The notes under the pieces are model-generated. The model searched no databases. It saw only the letters and a list, made by a program, of their open reading frames with translations, and was not told the origin of the DNA. The position numbers were made by a program, and so were the translations under genes. This document shows positions 52,225 through 61,031 of a DNA stretch of 64,000 bases, in pieces (position 1 is the first letter of the stretch; every line of letters starts with the position of its first letter). This DNA is from Burkholderiales bacterium (GTDB taxonomy: Bacteria; Pseudomonadota; Gammaproteobacteria; Burkholderiales; SG8-39), in contig DASWEU010000121.1 in NCBI GenBank assembly GCA_036394595.1, forward strand, positions 3,242 to 67,241, read 5' to 3'.

Positions 52225-54549
52225 ATGAATGCGCCCGCCCCGCAGGTCCAATTCGATCCGTCTGCCGCGCATTTCGGCGCTTCGCGCACCCAGAAGCGCC
52301 TCGAGGACGACCGCCTGCTGGTCGGCAAGGGTCGGTATAGCGACGACCGGGAGTTTCCGGGGCAGGCGTGGATGGTGCTGGTCAGGTCACCTCATGCGCA
52401 CGCGAAGATCAAGGCCGTTGATTTATCTTCGGTAAGAACCTCTCCAGGCGTAATCGCGGCCTGGACCATGGCCGACCTGCGCGCCGGCGGGGTGAAGCAC
52501 ATTCCGTATCCGCCGCTCTTCAAGCGTGCCGACGGCTCGCCGATGGCCGCGCCGCCGCGTACGCCGCTCGCCGAGGAGAAGGTGTTCTACGTCGGCCAGC
52601 CGGTCGTGGTGGTTGTTGCCGAGACGAGAATATTGGCGCAGGACGCCGCAGAAATGGTTGCCATTGAATATGAAGATCTTCCCTGCGTGGTCGGGCCGCG
52701 ACAGGCCATGGAGGCGGGAGCGCCGCAGCTCTGGCCGCAGGCGCCGGGGAATGTGGCGGCCGAGACGGCTTACGGCGACGCGGCGAAAACCGACGAAGCA
52801 TTCAGGAATGCAAAGTACGTCGTTTCCGTCGAGTTCGACAACCAGCGTCTCAACGCCATGGCGCTCGAGCCGCGCTGCGCCATCGGCGTGCCGGAGAACG
52901 GGCGCCTCTCGCTCTACACGCAGAACCAGACGCCGACCGCGGCGCGCGAGCTGCTCGCTGCCGTGCTCGGCGGCAAGCCGCTGGATTACCGCGTGGTCAA
53001 CGGCGACATCGGCGGCGGCTTCGGCATGAAGACCGGGCTGCCGCCCGAGGACGCGCTGGTCTGCCACGCGGCGCGCAAGCTCGGCCGGCCGGTGAAATGG
53101 CGCGCCGACCGTAGCGAGGAATTCCTCGCCGCCCACATGGGGCGCGACCAGCACTACAGGGGCTCCCTCGCCCTCGACGGCGAGGGCCGCATCCTGGCGC
53201 TGCGCATGGAGATGCTGGCCAATATCGGCGCGGTACCGGTGGGCTCCTCCGCCATGATCCCGCTCGCCATGGTGGCCAAGGTCGTCACCTCGGTCTATCG
53301 CGTGCCGGTGGTGGACTACCGCTGCAAGGCGGTGCTGACCAACACCATGGCCACCGGCGCCTATCGCGGCGCCGGCCGCCCCGAGGGCAACTACCTGATG
53401 GAGCGCCTGATCGAGACGGCGGCGCGCGAGCTGGACATGGACCCGGTCGAGCTGCGGCGGAGGAACCTGCTCGCGCCGGGGGACCTGCCCTACCGCACCC
53501 ACGTCGGCGAGACCTACGACAGCGGCAATTTCGCTCGCATGATGGACAACGTGCTCGAGCAGGCGAACTGGAAGGATTTCGAAAAAAGAAAAGAGAGCTC
53601 GAAACTCAAAGGAAAGCTGCGTGGCCGCGGCTTGTCCGTTTACCTCGAGTGGACCGGCGCGCTGCCCACCGAGACGGTGGACATCCAGGTGGACGCCGAC
53701 GGCCAGGTGACGGTGTTTTCCGGCACGCAGGCCATGGGCCAGGGACTGGAAACAACGTATACGCAGTTAATAAAAGAAGTCTTAGGTGTCGATGTCGAAA
53801 AGATCAAGATCGTGCAAGGCGATACCGATCTGGCGAACGGCGTGGGCAGCGTAGGCTCGCGCTCGGCGTTTGTCGGCGGCTCGGCTGTTGTTTCTTCATC
53901 GCACAAATTTATTTTGAAAAGCAAGGAACTCGCGGCAGAAGCGCTCGAAGCCGCGACGCCGGACATCGAATACCGCGACGGCCGCTTCCGCATTGCCGGC
54001 ACCGACCGCTCGATCGGCTTGGGCGAGCTGGCGGCGCGCCAGCCCGGGCGCGTGATCCGGGTATCGGACACGCAAACCCCGTCCACGCCCTCGTGGCCGA
54101 ATGGCGCGCAGGTATGCGAAGTGGAGGTCGATGCGGAAACCGGAGCCGTGGAGCTCGTCGCCGTGTCGAGCTGCGACGACATCGGCCGCATCATCAACCG
54201 CGCCATCGTCGAGGGCCAGATCCACGGCGGCGTGGCGCAGGGTGCCGGTCAGGCGCTGTGGGAGCAGGTGGTTTACGACCCGGAGAGCGGGCAACTCGTC
54301 ACCGGCTCGCTGATGGACTACTGCGCGCCGCGCGCCGACCAGCTGCCGCCGGTGCGCGCCGAATTCGACGAGAGCATTCCCTGCACCACCAACCTGCTCG
54401 GGGTGAAGGGCTGCGGCGAGCTCGGCACCATCGGCTCGGTGCCGGCGGTGGTGCACGCCGTGCTCGACGCCTTGCGCGGCTTCGGCATCGCGCACCTCGA
54501 GATGCCGCTGACCCCGGAGAAAGTATGGCGGGCGCTGCAACCGGCCTAG
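52225..54549 (+). CDS. Xanthine dehydrogenase/CO dehydrogenase-family molybdopterin-binding large subunit (form II CoxL-like motif AYRGAGR)
   Basis: About 774 aa from ATG 52225 ([41 protein letters not shown]). [20 protein letters not shown] and [12 protein letters not shown] motifs. No adjacent 2Fe-2S or FAD subunit genes. Confidence 0.88.
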   Translation: MNAPAPQVQFDPSAAHFGASRTQKRLEDDRLLVGKGRYSDDREFPGQAWMVLVRSPHAHAKIKAVDLSSVRTSPGVIAAWTMADLRAGGVKHIPYPPLFKRADGSPMAAPPRTPLAEEKVFYVGQPVVVVVAETRILAQDAAEMVAIEYEDLPCVVGPRQAMEAGAPQLWPQAPGNVAAETAYGDAAKTDEAFRNAKYVVSVEFDNQRLNAMALEPRCAIGVPENGRLSLYTQNQTPTAARELLAAVLGGKPLDYRVVNGDIGGGFGMKTGLPPEDALVCHAARKLGRPVKWRADRSEEFLAAHMGRDQHYRGSLALDGEGRILALRMEMLANIGAVPVGSSAMIPLAMVAKVVTSVYRVPVVDYRCKAVLTNTMATGAYRGAGRPEGNYLMERLIETAARELDMDPVELRRRNLLAPGDLPYRTHVGETYDSGNFARMMDNVLEQANWKDFEKRKESSKLKGKLRGRGLSVYLEWTGALPTETVDIQVDADGQVTVFSGTQAMGQGLETTYTQLIKEVLGVDVEKIKIVQGDTDLANGVGSVGSRSAFVGGSAVVSSSHKFILKSKELAAEALEAATPDIEYRDGRFRIAGTDRSIGLGELAARQPGRVIRVSDTQTPSTPSWPNGAQVCEVEVDAETGAVELVAVSSCDDIGRIINRAIVEGQIHGGVAQGAGQALWEQVVYDPESGQLVTGSLMDYCAPRADQLPPVRAEFDESIPCTTNLLGVKGCGELGTIGSVPAVVHAVLDALRGFGIAHLEMPLTPEKVWRALQPA

Positions 54550-55151
54550 AGCGGGCGCTCCTCGCCTCGCTCGCGCTGCACGCGGCAGCCTTGTTCGGCT
54601 TTTCGCTTACCAAGGACTTCTCCAATCGGGAAATCGTTGCGCCCGAGCCGATCGCCGCGCATCTCGTCGAGCTCGCGCCGGTGGCAGCGCCGCAGGAAAC
54701 GCCTGCTGCGGCAAATGTGGTGGCAAAACGCTCGCCGAAGGCGAAACCCTCGGACGCAGTTGAAAAAGCTGTCGAAACAAAATCCCTGCCGGTTGCGACT
54801 CCAGCACCGGTACTGGAGTCATCCCCGGCAGCTGCGGTGGCGATCGCGCCGGCAGATCCGACGACGATCAACCATTACCGCGTGCAACTGCTCGGCGCGG
54901 CCGGCCGCTTCAAGCGTTACCCCGAGGCAGCGCGCGAGAACAACTGGACCGGCGATGTCGTGGTCGGCGTGGCGGTCGATGCTGGCGGCGCGGCGCAAGT
55001 CGGCCTGCGGCGCGGCTCGGGGCACGCCGTGCTCGACCAGCAGGCGCTGGAGATGTTCCGGCAGGCGGCGCGCGCGGTGCCGGTGCCCGAGATGCTGCGC
55101 GGCCGGGAATTCAGCCTGGATGTGCGCGCGGTCTACGGCCTGGAGGACTAG
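54525..55151 (+). CDS. TonB-family energy transducer paralog
   Basis: 208 aa from ATG 54525, overlapping the CoxL-like end by 25 nt. TM helix with an SxxxH motif ([12 protein letters not shown]). Pro/Ala-rich spacer. TonB_C pattern ([41 protein letters not shown]). Confidence 0.8.
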   Translation: MAGAATGLERALLASLALHAAALFGFSLTKDFSNREIVAPEPIAAHLVELAPVAAPQETPAAANVVAKRSPKAKPSDAVEKAVETKSLPVATPAPVLESSPAAAVAIAPADPTTINHYRVQLLGAAGRFKRYPEAARENNWTGDVVVGVAVDAGGAAQVGLRRGSGHAVLDQQALEMFRQAARAVPVPEMLRGREFSLDVRAVYGLED

Positions 55152-55174
55152 GCGATGGGGGTTAGTATTCGCCG

Positions 55175-55882
55175 GTGCGCTTTTTCGTCTTTCTTGTTTT
55201 CGCCTTCTGGACGCTGGCCGCGCTCGCGCAGTACGCCCTCGAGATCATCCCGTTGCGCCATGCCACCGCCGAGCATGTGCTGCCCGTGCTGCGGCCGTTG
55301 CTCGAGCCCGGCGGCACGCTGAGCTCGAGCGCCAACCAGCTTTTCGTGCGCGCCAGCCCGGCGAATGTCGCCGAGTTGAAGCGCGTGCTCGAGACCATCG
55401 ACCGCCCGGCGCGGCGGCTGCAGATCCTGGTGCGCTTCGATGACGCGCTCGACGCATCGCGGCGCGAGATCGGCGCGAGCGGCACGGTCACAAACCGCGG
55501 CTCCAACGTCGAGATTCGCGCGGCGGAGGGGAGCCGCCGTGCCGAGGAACGCGTCGACCAGCGCCTGATGCTGCTGGAGGGCGGGCGTGGCTTCATCGCC
55601 ACCGGGCGCTCGGACCCGCTGCGGGAGCGCGCCAGCGGCTTCGAGGTGACGCCGCGAGTGTCGGGCGACACGGTCACCGTCGATATCGCGCAGCAGCAGG
55701 AGCGCGGCGACCAATTCCAGCGCCTCTTCACCAGCGTCAGCGGACGCCTCGGCGAATGGCTCGAGCTGGGCGGCGCCGCCGCCAACGCGACGCGCGACGA
55801 GCGGGGCATCCTCTCCTCGGATCGCTCCGCTGCTTCCGGCTCCCGGCGCATCTGGCTCAAGGTCGAGGAGCTGGGGCGCTGA
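55175..55882 (+). CDS. Short secretin-like protein (signal peptide + NolW-like secretin N-domain + truncated secretin core)
   Basis: 235 aa, GTG start. Signal peptide MRFFVFLVFAFWTLAALAQ. IIPLRHATAEHVLPVLRPLL...NQLFVRASPANVAELKRVLETIDRP matches the secretin short N-domain. GFEVTPRVSGDTVTVDI...SVSGRLGEWLELGG resembles the secretin core. Confidence 0.65.
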   Translation: MRFFVFLVFAFWTLAALAQYALEIIPLRHATAEHVLPVLRPLLEPGGTLSSSANQLFVRASPANVAELKRVLETIDRPARRLQILVRFDDALDASRREIGASGTVTNRGSNVEIRAAEGSRRAEERVDQRLMLLEGGRGFIATGRSDPLRERASGFEVTPRVSGDTVTVDIAQQQERGDQFQRLFTSVSGRLGEWLELGGAAANATRDERGILSSDRSAASGSRRIWLKVEELGR

Positions 55883-55905
55883 AGCGGCTGGAGCGTTTTT
55901 TCGCC

Positions 55906-57822
55906 GTGGACGGGCCGCTGGCGGCTGCCGTCCGCGGATTCACGCGGCGCGCCCAGCAGCTCGAGATGGCGCAGGCGATCGGCGCCGCCATCGAGAAGAA
56001 CGGCGTGCTGGTCGCGGAGGCCGGCACCGGCACCGGCAAGACCTTCGCCTATCTCGTCCCGGCTCTCGACGCCGGCGGCAAGGTCATCGTATCGACGGGC
56101 ACAAAAACGCTGCAGGACCAGCTGTTCGACCGCGACCTGCCGGCGGTGCGCGGCGCCCTCGGTTCGGGCGCGAGCCTCGCGCTGCTCAAGGGTCGCTCGA
56201 ACTACGTCTGCCTCTATCGCCTGAAGCAGGCCACCGGCGAGGCGCGCCTCGCCTCGCGCGCCGAGGCCGGCCAGCTTGCGCGCATCGAGCGCTTTGCCGC
56301 GCGCACCACCAGCGGCGACCGCGCCGATCTTGCCGACGTGCCCGAAGACGCCGCGGTCTGGGTGCACGCCACCTCGACGCGCGACAACTGCCTCGGCCAG
56401 GGCTGCCCCGACTACAGCGACTGCTTCGTGATGCGGGCGCGGCGCAACGCGCTCGCCGCCGACGTGGTGGTGATCAATCACCACCTGTTCTTCGCCGACG
56501 TCGTGCTGCGCGACGAAGGCGTGGCCGAATTGCTGCCGGCCTGCAATACGCTGATCTTCGACGAGGCGCACCAGCTGCCCGACACGGCGCGCCTGTTCTT
56601 CGGCCAGACCCTGTCGTCGAGCCAGCTGATCGAGCTCGCGCGCGATGCGCGCCTCGAGCTGCGCGCGGCCGGCGGCGCCTCGCCCGAGCTCGACGCGCTG
56701 GCCGGCGCCGCCGAGAAGGCGGCGCGCGACCTGCGCCTTGCTTTCGGCGACGCCCCGGCGCGCATGGCCTGGTCCCAGGCCGTGGCCCTGCCCAAATTCA
56801 ACGATGCCTTGCAGAGCCTGCTGCAAGCCCTGCGCGCGCTGGAACAGCCGCTGCAAGAGCAGGCCGAGCGAGGCGAGGGCCTCGCCTCCTGCGCGCGCCG
56901 TGCGCGCGAGGCAGCTGCGCTGCTATCGCTACTGGGGGAAACGGACGCGATCAAGGAGGTTCGCTGGGTCGAGGTGTTCGGCCACGCGGTGCAGCTGCAT
57001 GTGACGCCGCTCTCGCCGGCGGAGCTGTTCCAGCGCCAGATGGAGGACCATCCGCGCGCCTGGATCTTCACTTCGGCGACGCTGGCCGTAGGCGAGGACT
57101 TCGCGCACTTCACCCGCGAGCTCGGCCTGCCGCAGGCCGAGACGCGCCGCTGGGCGAGCCCGTTCGACTTCGCGCGCCAGGCGTTGCTTTACCTGCCGCG
57201 CGGCCTGCCGCCCGATCCGAACGACCCCGCGTTCACCGAAGCGGTGATCGAGAGCGCGCTGCCGGCGATCGAAGCGAGCGGCGGGCGCGCCTTCCTGCTC
57301 TTCACCACGCTGCGCGCGCTGCGCCGCGCGCACGAGCTGCTGCGCGAGCGCATCGCCTTTCCGCTGCTGGTGCAGGGCACCGGCTCGCGCAGCGAGCTGC
57401 TGTCGCGCTTTCGCAGCCTCGGCAACGCCGTGCTGCTCGGGGCGGCGTCATTCTGGGAAGGGGTGGATGTGCGCGGCGAGGCGCTCTCCCTCGTGGTGAT
57501 CGACAAGCTGCCTTTCGCGCCGCCCGACGACCCGGTGCTCGCCGCGCGCATCGAGGCGCTGCGCGCCGGCGGCGGCAATCCGTTCACCGAGCTGCAGCTG
57601 CCGCAGGCAGTGCTGCAGCTCAAGCAGGGCGCGGGCCGGCTGATCCGCGACGAAACCGACCGCGGCGTGCTGATGCTGTGCGATCCGCGCCTGCTGTCGC
57701 GGCCCTACGGCCGGCGCATCATCGCCAGCCTGCCGCCGATGACCCGCACGCGCGAGCTGGCGGACGTCCAGGCGTTCTTTACCAGTCCGGATCCCAGATC
57801 CGCCACCAGGGCGCGCCCCTGA
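55906..57822 (+). CDS. yoaA: DinG-family ATP-dependent DNA helicase (YoaA-like)
   Basis: GTG 55906 is the only canonical start that keeps the conserved N-terminus (VDGPLAAAVRGFTRRAQQLEMAQAI). AGTGTGKT Walker A, DEAH box (IFDEAHQL), four Cys of the Fe-S domain (C..C..C..C around NCLGQGCPDYSDC). About 638 aa. Confidence 0.85.
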   Translation: MDGPLAAAVRGFTRRAQQLEMAQAIGAAIEKNGVLVAEAGTGTGKTFAYLVPALDAGGKVIVSTGTKTLQDQLFDRDLPAVRGALGSGASLALLKGRSNYVCLYRLKQATGEARLASRAEAGQLARIERFAARTTSGDRADLADVPEDAAVWVHATSTRDNCLGQGCPDYSDCFVMRARRNALAADVVVINHHLFFADVVLRDEGVAELLPACNTLIFDEAHQLPDTARLFFGQTLSSSQLIELARDARLELRAAGGASPELDALAGAAEKAARDLRLAFGDAPARMAWSQAVALPKFNDALQSLLQALRALEQPLQEQAERGEGLASCARRAREAAALLSLLGETDAIKEVRWVEVFGHAVQLHVTPLSPAELFQRQMEDHPRAWIFTSATLAVGEDFAHFTRELGLPQAETRRWASPFDFARQALLYLPRGLPPDPNDPAFTEAVIESALPAIEASGGRAFLLFTTLRALRRAHELLRERIAFPLLVQGTGSRSELLSRFRSLGNAVLLGAASFWEGVDVRGEALSLVVIDKLPFAPPDDPVLAARIEALRAGGGNPFTELQLPQAVLQLKQGAGRLIRDETDRGVLMLCDPRLLSRPYGRRIIASLPPMTRTRELADVQAFFTSPDPRSATRARP

Positions 57823-58609
57823 CCTTGCCGTCCTGGAGGTACTTGCTGTCCGGGAAATTGGTCCGCATCACCCGGTCGGCGCCGTCGCGCAGCTCGGGCA
57901 TCTCAAGCGCGTCGTAGGCCTTCGCCAGGATCAGCACGGCCTCCTCGATCGCCGGCGCCTGCGGGTAGCTCTGGATCGCGAACTGCGCGCGGTTCGCCGC
58001 GGCGACGTAGGCGCCACGCTTCATGTAGTAGCGCGCGACATGCACTTCGTAGCCCGCCAGCGCGTTCACCAGGTAGCGCATGCGCGCCGTCGCGTCCTCG
58101 GCATACTTCGATTGCGGGAAGCGCGTGATCAGCTCCTTGAGGGCGGCGAAGGCCTCGCGCGTGCCCTTCGGGTCGCGGTCGGACATGTCCGGCGTGGTGA
58201 ACCAGGACATCAGCGCTTCCTGGTTGTTGTGGAAGTTGATCAGCCCCTTGAGATACCAGGCGTAGTCGACGTTGGGGTGGTTGGGATAGAGCTTGATGAA
58301 GCGGTCGGCGGCGGCGATGGCGGAGGCGCGCTCGCCGTCCTTCCAGTTGGCGAAAGCGATTTCCAGCTGCGCCTGCTGCGCGTAGCGCCCGTAGGGATAG
58401 CGCGCCTCGAGCTTCTCGAGGAACTTGACGGCCTTCTGGTAGTCCTTGTTGCTGATCGCGTCCTTCGCCTCGCCGTAGAGCTTCTGCGCCGACCAGCCGA
58501 TGGTCTCGTCGTCGGCCTTGATCGAGGCGCAGCCTCCCAGCGCCGACGCGAAAACGGCGACGACGATGCAAGCGGCGGCAGCAAGTAGACTTGGGCGCAT
58601 GGTTCGCAA
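57779..58609 (-). CDS. bamD: Outer membrane protein assembly factor BamD
   Basis: 276 aa. Lipobox ALGGC and TPR-like repeats (YQKAVKFLEKLEARYPYGRYAQQAQLEIAFANW). Conserved divergent arrangement with rluD. Start is 58609 or 58600. Confidence 0.9.
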   Translation of the reverse strand: MRTMRPSLLAAAACIVVAVFASALGGCASIKADDETIGWSAQKLYGEAKDAISNKDYQKAVKFLEKLEARYPYGRYAQQAQLEIAFANWKDGERASAIAAADRFIKLYPNHPNVDYAWYLKGLINFHNNQEALMSWFTTPDMSDRDPKGTREAFAALKELITRFPQSKYAEDATARMRYLVNALAGYEVHVARYYMKRGAYVAAANRAQFAIQSYPQAPAIEEAVLILAKAYDALEMPELRDGADRVMRTNFPDSKYLQDGKVRGAPWWRIWDPDW

Positions 58610-59552
58610 AAATTATAACGCCGACTGGGACGCGGGCTTCGGTGCGCCGATGGAGGCCATGGTGCCGGCGGCGATGGGCGGGCGGCGCCTCGACCAGGCG
58701 TTGGCGCGGCTTTTCCCGCAGTACTCGCGCACCTTGCTGCAAGCCTGGCTCGTGTCCGGCCACATCCGCGTCGATGGCGCGCAGGGTCATTCGCGCAAGC
58801 CGGTCACCGGCGGGGAGCGGATCACGCTGCAGCCGCCGCCGCCGCCGCGCGACGTGCCGCAGGCGCAGCGCATGCCGCTCAAGGTGGTATTCGAGGACGC
58901 GGCGCTGATCGTCATCGACAAGCCGGCCGGCTTGGTGGTGCATCCCGGCGCCGGCGTGCCCGACCGCACGCTCCTCAACGCGCTGCTGGCGCACTCGCCG
59001 GCGCTCGCTGGCGTGCCGCGCGCCGGCATCGTGCATCGCCTCGACAAGGACACCAGTGGCTTGCTGGTGGTAGCGAAGACGGTCGAGGCCCAGCTGAGCC
59101 TGGTGCGCCAGCTGGAGGAGCGCAGCGTGCGCCGCATCTACCTCGCGGTGGTGCAGGGCGACCCGCCGGCGAGCGGCGTCATCGACGCGCCGGTGGGCCG
59201 CGACACGCGCTCGCGCGTGCGCATGGCGGTCTCGCATCGCGGCAAGCAGGCGCGGACCAACTACCGCGTGCTCGAGCGCTACGGGTATGCGGCGCTGGTG
59301 GAATGCCGCCTTGAGACCGGGCGCACGCACCAGATCCGGGTGCACTTCCAGCATATCCGCCACCCGCTGGTCGGTGACACCGTGTACCGCCGCGGCACGC
59401 GCCACGGCCTGTCGTTCCCGCGCCAGGCGTTGCACGCCGCGGAATTGTCTTTGGTTCACCCGACGACCAATCAGGTGTTGACCTGGAAATCGGCCCTGCC
59501 GCGCGACATGAAGAAGCTGGTCGGCCAGCTGCGCCACGATGATCGAGCCTGA
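58599..59552 (+). CDS. rluD: 23S rRNA pseudouridine(1911/1915/1917) synthase
   Basis: S4 domain (RLDQALARLFPQYSRTLLQAWL). Catalytic HRLDKDTSGLLVVAK. GRTHQIRVH. Start ambiguous between ATG 58599, 58650 and 58659. The first collides with the bamD start. Confidence 0.88.
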   Translation: MVRKNYNADWDAGFGAPMEAMVPAAMGGRRLDQALARLFPQYSRTLLQAWLVSGHIRVDGAQGHSRKPVTGGERITLQPPPPPRDVPQAQRMPLKVVFEDAALIVIDKPAGLVVHPGAGVPDRTLLNALLAHSPALAGVPRAGIVHRLDKDTSGLLVVAKTVEAQLSLVRQLEERSVRRIYLAVVQGDPPASGVIDAPVGRDTRSRVRMAVSHRGKQARTNYRVLERYGYAALVECRLETGRTHQIRVHFQHIRHPLVGDTVYRRGTRHGLSFPRQALHAAELSLVHPTTNQVLTWKSALPRDMKKLVGQLRHDDRA

Positions 59553-60177
59553 CTGGCCGGCCCCGCCGGGCGTGCGCGCGCTCGTCACCACGCGTGCCGA
59601 GGGCGACAGGGGCGGCACCGCACTTCGGGCGCGATTGCCTTTGGAGCCGGTCTGGATGATCCAGGTTCATGGCAACCGGGTGCTGCAAGCAGAAAAAGCG
59701 TCTCCCCATGAAAAAGCAGATGCATCCTTCACTCGCGTCCATGGCGTCGTGTGCGCGGTGAAGATCGCCGACTGCATGCCGGTGCTGTTTGCGGACGACG
59801 ACGGTTCGGTGGTCGGCATCGCCCATGCCGGGTGGCGCGGGCTTGCCGCTGGCGTGCTCGAGAACACGATCAAGGCGATGCGCGTCTCGCCGCAGCATCT
59901 GATGGCCTGGCTCGGGCCGGCGATCGGGCCGCGGGTATATGAGGTGGGCGAGGACGTGCGGGCGGCCTACGCGGGGCACGAGTACGCCTTTGCCGTCACG
60001 CGCGCCGGGCACTGGAACCTCGATCTCTACGCGGTGGCGCGCCAGCGCTTGCTGGCGGCGGGGATGCGGAACCTGTTTGGCGGCTCCTTCTGCACCTATA
60101 CCGACCAGGAGCGCTTCTTTTCTTTCCGGCGCGACCGCGACGCGCGGCGCATGGCCGCGGCCATCTGGCTCACGTAG
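59539..60177 (+). CDS. pgeF: Peptidoglycan editing factor PgeF (YfiH/laccase-domain family)
   Basis: 212 aa. QVHG, ADCMPVLF and HAGWRG (His-Cys-His site) plus C-terminal FFSFRRD..RMAAAIWL. Conserved position after rluD. Confidence 0.85.
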   Translation: MIEPDWPAPPGVRALVTTRAEGDRGGTALRARLPLEPVWMIQVHGNRVLQAEKASPHEKADASFTRVHGVVCAVKIADCMPVLFADDDGSVVGIAHAGWRGLAAGVLENTIKAMRVSPQHLMAWLGPAIGPRVYEVGEDVRAAYAGHEYAFAVTRAGHWNLDLYAVARQRLLAAGMRNLFGGSFCTYTDQERFFSFRRDRDARRMAAAIWLT

Positions 60178-60190
60178 AATCCCCACCCCC

Positions 60191-60958
60191 ATGACCGCGA
60201 CCCTCGGCTGGATCCTCGCCGCGAGCTTTGCCGGCGGCGCGCTTTCCGTGATGCTCGCCGCGTTCTCGCTTTACCTGCGCGCGTCCTGGTTGCCGATGCT
60301 GGTGTCCTACGCCATCGGCGCGCTGCTCGGCGCCGCGTTCCTCGAGATCATCCCCCACGCGTTCGAGAAGGGCGACCCGCGCGAGGCTGCCTCGGCCATC
60401 CTGGCGGGCATCTTCGGTTTCTTCGTGCTGGAAAAGCTGCTGCTGTGGCGCCACTGCCATACGGAGAATTGCGAGGTGCACGACCAGCACGCTCAGCCGC
60501 ACGACCACGGCCGCAGCGGCTTGCTGATCGTGGTGGGCGACACGGTGCACAACTTCGTCGACGGGCTGCTGATCGCGGCCGCGTTCCTGCAGAGCGTCGA
60601 GCTCGGCGTAATTGCCGCCGTCGCCATCATTGCGCACGAGATCCCGCAGGAGGTGGGCGACTTCCTCATCCTGCTGCACTCGGGCTACTCGCGCGGCCGG
60701 GCGCTGGCGTTGAACCTGCTCTCGTCGATGGCGACGCTGGTCGGCGGCCTGCTCGGCTACTTCGCGCTGCAGGCCGTGGCGCGCTGGGAGCAGACGCTGC
60801 TCGGCGTGGTCGCGGCGAGCATGATCTACATCGCGGTGGCCGACCTGATCCCGGGCCTGCACCGCCGGCCGGAGCTGCGCGACACGGGCTTCCAGGCGCT
60901 CCTGATCGCACTCGGCATCGGGACGATCTGGATGACCGGGACGCTGCTCCGGCACTAG
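60191..60958 (+). CDS. ZIP family divalent metal transporter (ZupT-like)
   Basis: 255 aa from ATG 60191. His-rich loop HCHTENCEVHDQHAQPHDH. HNFVDGLLIA and AHEIPQEVGDF motifs. Confidence 0.88.
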   Translation: MTATLGWILAASFAGGALSVMLAAFSLYLRASWLPMLVSYAIGALLGAAFLEIIPHAFEKGDPREAASAILAGIFGFFVLEKLLLWRHCHTENCEVHDQHAQPHDHGRSGLLIVVGDTVHNFVDGLLIAAAFLQSVELGVIAAVAIIAHEIPQEVGDFLILLHSGYSRGRALALNLLSSMATLVGGLLGYFALQAVARWEQTLLGVVAASMIYIAVADLIPGLHRRPELRDTGFQALLIALGIGTIWMTGTLLRH

Positions 60959-61031
60959 ATAAAATTCCTGTAGAACCAATACGTTAATACGCAATTGACG
61001 GCGTGTGTTGTGCGGCGCAAAATCGCGCGCG

